DNA from: Selaginella moellendorffii
Lineage: Eukaryota; Plantae; Lycopodiophyta
NCBI RefSeq assembly: GCF_000143415.4
Contig: NW_003314416.1
Location: forward strand, 1 to 13,286
Length of the DNA: 13,286 bases
Direction of reading: 5' to 3'
The notes beneath the pieces were generated by a model, which was not told the origin of the DNA, ran no database searches, and worked only from the letters and a program-made list of their open reading frames with translations. This document shows positions 7,901 to 13,286 of this stretch, one piece after another; position 1 is the first letter of the stretch; each line of letters begins with the position of its first letter. The position numbers and the translations under genes are program-made.

Positions 7901-9432
7901 AACGTAAACCACCTCGTACCAAAGAACAACTGGACCGGCAGCCAATTTTCCTGAGCAAACTCTTCGCTGTCAACGGTAAAACGCTCGGAGCTTCAGAGGA
8001 TCGTGGCCTGGACCAGACATGCAGAGACCTGCACAGAGCAGGGATGAGAACCTTCGCAGAGGCAGACACCATGATCCAGCCCAACCAGGCGGCCCACAAT
8101 CGCGACCGCATCAGTACTTTCTACGGATTAACCATCTCAGAACACAGGATGCGTAAATTCCAGACAGCCTTTTTAGCAGCCAAACACGCATGCCTTGAAC
8201 GACTAAACCTGCAAGAGAATCAACACCATCGTTGGTGGAAGGTGGACGAATCGATCGTATGCACCCTCCCCAACATGGCATCGGGACTAGTCTTCAAGGC
8301 AGGACAGGCTGGACGCTTGTACCCCATCGTTACCCCCGAGTACAAGGACCTCCCCGACATGAGCAGGGCCAAACCGATCAGAGTGATTCAAATGGAGAAA
8401 AAAACTGCCAACGTTGATCCACTGATCCCAAAAAACCAATATGCCCGCCTCTACTGGTTCCGCCAACAAACCCTGGACGAACTCAAGTGGGATCCTGCAG
8501 AGTGGCATTGGAGGGGAACCACGTGCAAGGACTTCTTCCAGTACGAGACCAAGCTGGGCCGCAAGCTGATCAGGGTGCCAACTCGATCCTCCCTCATCCG
8601 GAAAGCAAAGGCCCAACAGATTTGTTCCAGGAACCACTCACACTGCATCAACAAGATCTGGAAAGGGCGCTGGTCAGCTAAGAACCGCTACTTCATGTGG
8701 CTGGCCCAACAAGAACGTCTTCCCTCCCTGGTCGCCATACATCTTCCGAACACAGCCTGCAAGACCTGTGGCGCCACAGAAACACAGCGACACATCTTAT
8801 GGGAATGTCCGGCAGCACAGGAAGTATGGGAAGGTGCAGCAGCGGTGCTCAAACAAATGTCAACCGGAGGAGCTGCAATCACATACGAATCAGCGCTCTG
8901 GGGTAGCTTCATCCAAGGAAAGACAAAGAATCCTGATGCATGGAAGTGGAGACACAATGAGGCCCCACACTTTGATCAACTCAACCAAACTCGGACACAC
9001 ATTACGCACCTCCACCAGGAGCTCTTTGATGCGCTTCGGGGATGCACACTAGCAGAGATATGGAAGGCTCGCTGCGCCAGGCTGTTCCAGGACACGGACC
9101 CCTCGGCTCGAGCAACTATCTCAAAGGTTTGGTCCAGACTGATCGTCTCACTCGCGGCCCGCCTGGACACGCTGATCAAACGAGGCGAGGAAGGGAAGAT
9201 AGCGAAGGAGAAGAAGCTGTGGCCGTTTTTTAGAGGAAGAAGCGAGGCTGGCGAAGAAGAATGGACGTGGAAGCCACCAATATGGATTTGGCAGCACATG
9301 TTCAGGAACGAAAGCACGTGTACCTCCCCGAGTCGACAGAGTTCCACATCAGGAACTTCGGAAGCTTGGAGCTCAGACATCACGGACTCGAGTACCAGTT
9401 CTACTTCGTCCCCCTCGTCCCACCCCCCCTAA
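4972..9432 (+). pseudogene. LINE ORF2 polyprotein of copy B (APE endonuclease, RT, CCHC finger), interrupted by in-frame TAG at 6823-6825
   Basis: APE motifs: SWNVGG, CFQEHR, NIYAP, GDFN, FTW, RLDRFY, SDHRPI. RT motifs: PGEDG, LIPKKG, NWRPISMLN, QNGFVEGR, LDFEKAYDRVDW, RQGCPLAPYLF, FADD (7120-7131), YLG. Finger at 8758-8808. Track ORFs 4822-6825 and 6832-9432 are in the same frame, and the likely start is ATG 4972 (MTDLSVLSWNV). Confidence 0.92.
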
Positions 9433-9524
9433 AAATCTTGAAGAGCTCTTTCCCGGTTTCGAGCGTGTCGAAATCGGACTCTATGGTTTATAGAGGCTAA
9501 ACTAAATAAAACCCCATTGACAAA
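9433..9524 (+). terminator. 3' UTR with two stem-loops and AATAAA polyadenylation signal (copy B)
   Basis: Identical to 2435-2526. AATAAA at 9505-9510. Confidence 0.6.
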
Positions 9525-9934
9525 GTCGGACTAGACGCACGGTCCAGAATAGAAGCGAAAGACGACGAAGGAAAAGAAAAATGACGTCACCATCCCCCAC
9601 GTGTCACCAGGGAACATTCCCCCCCCCACGTCGCCATCACCCCGACAATCATCAAGAGGGCAGTCCTCGAACCAACACAACGTACGGCGGGAGAATCGCC
9701 AAGATCGCGTTACATCACCAAAATCCAAGGCGAACTTAAGACGGAGCACGTCCAATCACACGCGTCCACGTACTCCCCCGCCAAGAGCAGCAGCAACAAC
9801 CCTAAACTTGCCCTTGCCCGGAAAAGTGGAATCGAGCTCGAGAGCGACCGGAGAGCGGAAGAAAGCAAGCAGAGCAAAGAGAAAAGGAGAGGAGCATCAC
9901 GCCAACAACCAAGAGGACCGGAACAAAGAAGGAA
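9525..9934 (+). promoter_or_regulatory. Putative 5' UTR / internal Pol II promoter of copy C
   Basis: Identical to 2527-2936 except C2552/T9550. Confidence 0.5.
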
Positions 9935-11977
9935 ATGCCGCGTACAAAGAACATGCGAAAGCGCGGTCCACCACTGGAAGACGAACTGGAAGAGCCCCCT
10001 CACACGGACATGACTCAGAACACCCCTGACGATGAGGAGAGACCTGCGGCGGCGCCTCGACCAGAAACGAGAAGCACGGGGACGAAACTCTCGATCAAGC
10101 TCAAGCAGCGCCCACCGCCGCCCCCGAAGGACAACGAAGCTGGGGAACCAGAACCAGAACCGACTCGAGCTGCTCCCTCCTCATCCGCTGATACAGTCAA
10201 GATAGCAAAGAAGAAGAACCAAACCGCAACGGGGGGCAAAAAATCAAAGGGAACTTCAGAAGCCTCATCGTCCAAGCAAACAATTATCCCCCCGCCGAAC
10301 ACAACACCGCCGGCCAGGACGCCCACATTTGAAAGGATCCCATCGATCTCAGCGTTGGAGGGAATTGGCAAGTACGCGGACGAAACGCTGGAGAACACGC
10401 CACAACAGATCTCGCCGGACTCACACTCTGCCTCGCCGGGTTTGAGCGCGTTGTTCATGGACACACAGCAGAGGGAACGAGTCATCCAAGCGGCGACAGA
10501 GGAGAGACAGGGGAAAGGGGGGGACCCGGAGGGGGATCAGATCGAAGAGACCATCCCAGCGCTCACAAAGGATCCAGAAACACCAGCCCCGAGAGCTTCG
10601 ATTGGGACCACCAAGGAGAAAGCAATTCCAGCCGTCCCGCTCAAGAAGAGGAAGGAGTCGGACGTACTCTATCTCGGATGGACAAGGGTGGAAGAGCTAG
10701 ACATGGATGTGAAGAAGACCGTTTCACCCCTTTCAGCTGCTGCACCGGCAATGTCCGACGTCACGGCACCAGCCCCAGGAGAACTACAAGTGGAGGCGAA
10801 AGAGGTCCTCATGGAACTGCAGGAACGTCAAGCCAAGGCAGCCAAGAACTTGATCCTGGCAATCTTTGAAGGGAACAAACCAGACCGGCAAGCAGCATTG
10901 GAAGGGCTCGAGGATGGCTTCAAAGAGGCAGGAGTGTCGTTCCGGGGGAGACCAGTCACGTTCCTCGGCCGGAACTGCTATAGCGTGGAGGTGAGCACGG
11001 AGAAAAACCGGCGAGCCCTGGTCCTCAAGCAGAGGGTGACGAGACCAACACACGAGTTGTTCTTCTACAAGTTTCCGCCAGGATTCTCTCCGAGCCAAAA
11101 GGACTTGGTTCACCGCCCAACAATGGAGCTGGATCTACTCGTCGAGGACCTGTGCGAGACAGACAACACCCCGGTGTTCCTGGCAATGATGGTGGAGGGC
11201 TTCGCTCAGTACTTAGGGAAACGGGCGACAAGGGAGGAGTCAGGGGACCAACTCATCCACGTTTTGTACACTGGAAAGGCGCCAATCCCGAATAAGATCC
11301 GGATCATGGGGAAAGTGCACCCGATCCATATCCAGGAATCTAGGACGACGCCCCCAGCGGCAGCGACACCCTCTAAGCCGACGCAGGACCGGGGAAAAAG
11401 AAGGAGAAGCCCTTCGGCTCAAGGAGGAACATCTAGGCGACAGTCCGACAGAGTGTCAATGCGCAGGGAAGAAACACCGACGGACGGACAAGCTTCGCCT
11501 GAGAGGACAAGAGACCAGTGGGGTGGGCAGCACACAGTCCAACGCTCCCCGTCCCCAGAACGAGCACGAGTGGAGAGATCCCCATCAGAGGACCCAGTGC
11601 CGCGAGGGCGAGCGTCCTCCTCCCGACGGTTCAAGCGACTCAAAGTCAACCTGTGGCTCCATGTAAGCAACACACGTCCCCGGAAGTACCTAGCACTATG
11701 GAGCGGCCCTCCGGTCAGATATGTCACCCCCACATTCCACATGGTGCGCGATCAGCTCCCAGAGAATGGTGTACACAGCTTTCTGGAAGCGTCCGAGGTA
11801 ATCAAGGATCTCAGGTACCATGTGGAAGTTGACAAGGCCACAATCGTGGGCACCAACATGGAGCTGCACGCAGCCCTTCTCACCAAAAGCGGCGTCATCC
11901 CCGCGAGAGGAGGGAGAGATCGCGAATTCTTGTGGGTGGAACGCGATCGGATCACTACAAACAAGGACAATGACTGA
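9935..11977 (+). CDS. LINE ORF1 protein of copy C, 680 aa
   Basis: Identical to copy B ORF1 except G>R, A>V and S>L near the C-terminus. Confidence 0.85.
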   Translation: MPRTKNMRKRGPPLEDELEEPPHTDMTQNTPDDEERPAAAPRPETRSTGTKLSIKLKQRPPPPPKDNEAGEPEPEPTRAAPSSSADTVKIAKKKNQTATGGKKSKGTSEASSSKQTIIPPPNTTPPARTPTFERIPSISALEGIGKYADETLENTPQQISPDSHSASPGLSALFMDTQQRERVIQAATEERQGKGGDPEGDQIEETIPALTKDPETPAPRASIGTTKEKAIPAVPLKKRKESDVLYLGWTRVEELDMDVKKTVSPLSAAAPAMSDVTAPAPGELQVEAKEVLMELQERQAKAAKNLILAIFEGNKPDRQAALEGLEDGFKEAGVSFRGRPVTFLGRNCYSVEVSTEKNRRALVLKQRVTRPTHELFFYKFPPGFSPSQKDLVHRPTMELDLLVEDLCETDNTPVFLAMMVEGFAQYLGKRATREESGDQLIHVLYTGKAPIPNKIRIMGKVHPIHIQESRTTPPAAATPSKPTQDRGKRRRSPSAQGGTSRRQSDRVSMRREETPTDGQASPERTRDQWGGQHTVQRSPSPERARVERSPSEDPVPRGRASSSRRFKRLKVNLWLHVSNTRPRKYLALWSGPPVRYVTPTFHMVRDQLPENGVHSFLEASEVIKDLRYHVEVDKATIVGTNMELHAALLTKSGVIPARGGRDREFLWVERDRITTNKDND

Positions 11978-13286
11978 TCTCAGCGTGCTTTCATGGAATG
12001 TAGGAGGCATTAGTAAGGACGGAGTGCTATGGAGTGACAAGAAGGCGAGGCTACGACAATACCTTCGCCAGTTAGAAGGAGTGTTAGGAAAATGTGACTT
12101 CCTCTGCTTCCAGGAGCATAGAATGCAAGAACACCAGACAATCTTTAAGTTTTCACAAGGCGAACACTTTTGGAACCCCGCAGTTGGAAGGCGAGGAGGA
12201 ACCCTCATCATCGCCAAAGGACCATGGCAATCCCTCGCCACCTCGCACCAGATCCTAATCCCGGGACGTGCTCACATGATAGGGATAAAAGTAAATGCCC
12301 GAACTATAGGCCTGTTGAACATCTACGCCCCGGCTTCCCGATCCACCTCACGAGCCCACTTCTTCCGAGTTCTGCAGCGTCGTCTTCCCACTGGAATCGA
12401 TGACTGGATCCTGGCTGGTGACTTCAATTTCGTGGATCACGAGGAGGACAAACAGGGAGGCATAATCCAGGATAGACGTACACGTGCGGAACGCCTTGCA
12501 TGGAACTCATTCCTCTTACAAATTGGCACCTGTGACGCTTACGAGATCCCGGGTTTTGTGATACATGAACCACGCTTCACATGGCGAGAACGTCAACGCA
12601 GAGGCATACAACGTCGTTTAGACCGCTTCTACCTCACCATGGACCTGTGCATGCAAGGGGGGAAGTTGGACATCGACAACACCTACACGGACTTCTCAGA
12701 CCACCGTCCAATTAGACTCACACTTCCCTTTCGAAGATCGAGAGGTCCAAGGAAGCCAATTGCCATACCCAAGAAGTTCTTTGAGGAGCAAGCCAACAAT
12801 AATCGGGCGCACGAGCAATGGGAGAAACACAAGGGGAACCTACACTCCTTCACCCTTCAAATCGCTCAAGAGGCTCGAGCCAAGATCCGGAAAGATAGGA
12901 GAGGCGTCTTTAACACAGTCCAAAAGGTTCGGAGTGTCCTGGCCTCGATCAACACTGACCTTCGCAGCAACCCGGACGACCCATGGCTACAAGCTCAAAA
13001 AATCCAGGTTAAGCGCCAACTGGAAAGGATAGAGGCCGACAAGATGGAAGCCTTCCTAAAAGCAGGGCACATCAGATGGCACGCAAGTGAACTTGCGCTG
13101 AACAGGGAGTTCTATCGATCCATAAGATCTAAAGTGGTCTCCCCACCTATGTTCGGATTGAAGGACGAACAAGGGCAACTGCACACAGAGATTGACGACA
13201 TGCACAACATGGCAGCACACTACTACTCCCAGCTTTTCAAAGAGGAACCATGGGATGAGGCCAGGCAAGAGAAACTTGAAAGAGTG
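11970..13286 (+). CDS. LINE ORF2 of copy C, 3'-partial (APE endonuclease and linker)
   Basis: ATG at 11970 (= 4972+6998) with the same APE motifs. It is open to the window end and absent from the ORF track, presumably because there is no stop in the window. Confidence 0.9.
   Translation, partial: MTDLSVLSWNVGGISKDGVLWSDKKARLRQYLRQLEGVLGKCDFLCFQEHRMQEHQTIFKFSQGEHFWNPAVGRRGGTLIIAKGPWQSLATSHQILIPGRAHMIGIKVNARTIGLLNIYAPASRSTSRAHFFRVLQRRLPTGIDDWILAGDFNFVDHEEDKQGGIIQDRRTRAERLAWNSFLLQIGTCDAYEIPGFVIHEPRFTWRERQRRGIQRRLDRFYLTMDLCMQGGKLDIDNTYTDFSDHRPIRLTLPFRRSRGPRKPIAIPKKFFEEQANNNRAHEQWEKHKGNLHSFTLQIAQEARAKIRKDRRGVFNTVQKVRSVLASINTDLRSNPDDPWLQAQKIQVKRQLERIEADKMEAFLKAGHIRWHASELALNREFYRSIRSKVVSPPMFGLKDEQGQLHTEIDDMHNMAAHYYSQLFKEEPWDEARQEKLERV

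Larger units (their letters stand above)
2527..9524 (+). mobile_element. L1/Tx1-clade non-LTR retrotransposon, copy B (full-length unit, ORF2 with one nonsense codon)
   Basis: 5' region, ORF1, then APE-RT-ZnF ORF2 and a short 3' UTR with AATAAA. Unit length is fixed by the period. The exact phase of the boundary is inferred. Confidence 0.92.
32..13286 (+). repeat. Head-to-tail tandem array of a 6,998-bp LINE unit (~1.9 periods visible, parts of 3 copies)
   Basis: Positions 42-6288 recur at +6998 (ORF1 2937/9935; ORF2 stop 2434/9432; ORF2 ATG 4972/11970). I found 17 substitutions by eye and no indels beyond position 41. Confidence 0.98.
9525..13286 (+). mobile_element. L1/Tx1-clade LINE, copy C (5' portion, runs off the window)
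   Basis: Matches 2527-6288 at +6998. ORF1 is intact and ORF2 is open to the window end. Confidence 0.92.

Noticed and set aside
4972-9432. Prokaryotic RT system (retron, DGR, group II intron, defence RT)
   Set aside because: The APE-RT-CCHC architecture with ORF1 and AATAAA is diagnostic of a eukaryotic L1-clade LINE.
76-13268. Numerous short antisense and alternate-frame ORFs in the track
   Set aside because: They are shadows of ORF1/ORF2 with no recognisable motifs, and their recurrence merely reflects the tandem repeat.
42-13286. Duplication as an over-circularised assembly artefact, or as LTRs
   Set aside because: The copies differ by context-specific substitutions, consistent with real distinct copies. 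The repeat spans the whole coding unit rather than terminal LTRs, and there is no integrase or protease.

Overview
This is eukaryotic DNA, most likely from a streptophyte (plant or charophyte). The whole window is a head-to-tail tandem array of one L1/Tx1-clade non-LTR retrotransposon (LINE) with an exact 6,998-bp period. It holds the 3' part of copy A (~32-2526), a complete copy B (~2527-9524) and the 5' part of copy C (~9525-13286). Each unit has a ~410-bp motif-rich 5' region, ORF1 (680 aa), ORF2 (1,486 codons; APE endonuclease, reverse transcriptase and a C-terminal CCHC zinc finger, no RNase H) and a ~90-bp structured 3' UTR with AATAAA. ORF2 of copy B is split by one in-frame TAG at 6823. 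Four things stand out. The two junctions are the same apart from one substitution, with no spacer, evident TSD or real poly(A) tail. ORF1 lacks the usual zinc knuckle and ends in what looks like a catalytically degenerate Nudix-fold domain. All 17 substitutions I found by eye between copies are C>T/G>A at CG or CHG sites. The ORF1 stop and ORF2 start overlap as ATGACTGA.
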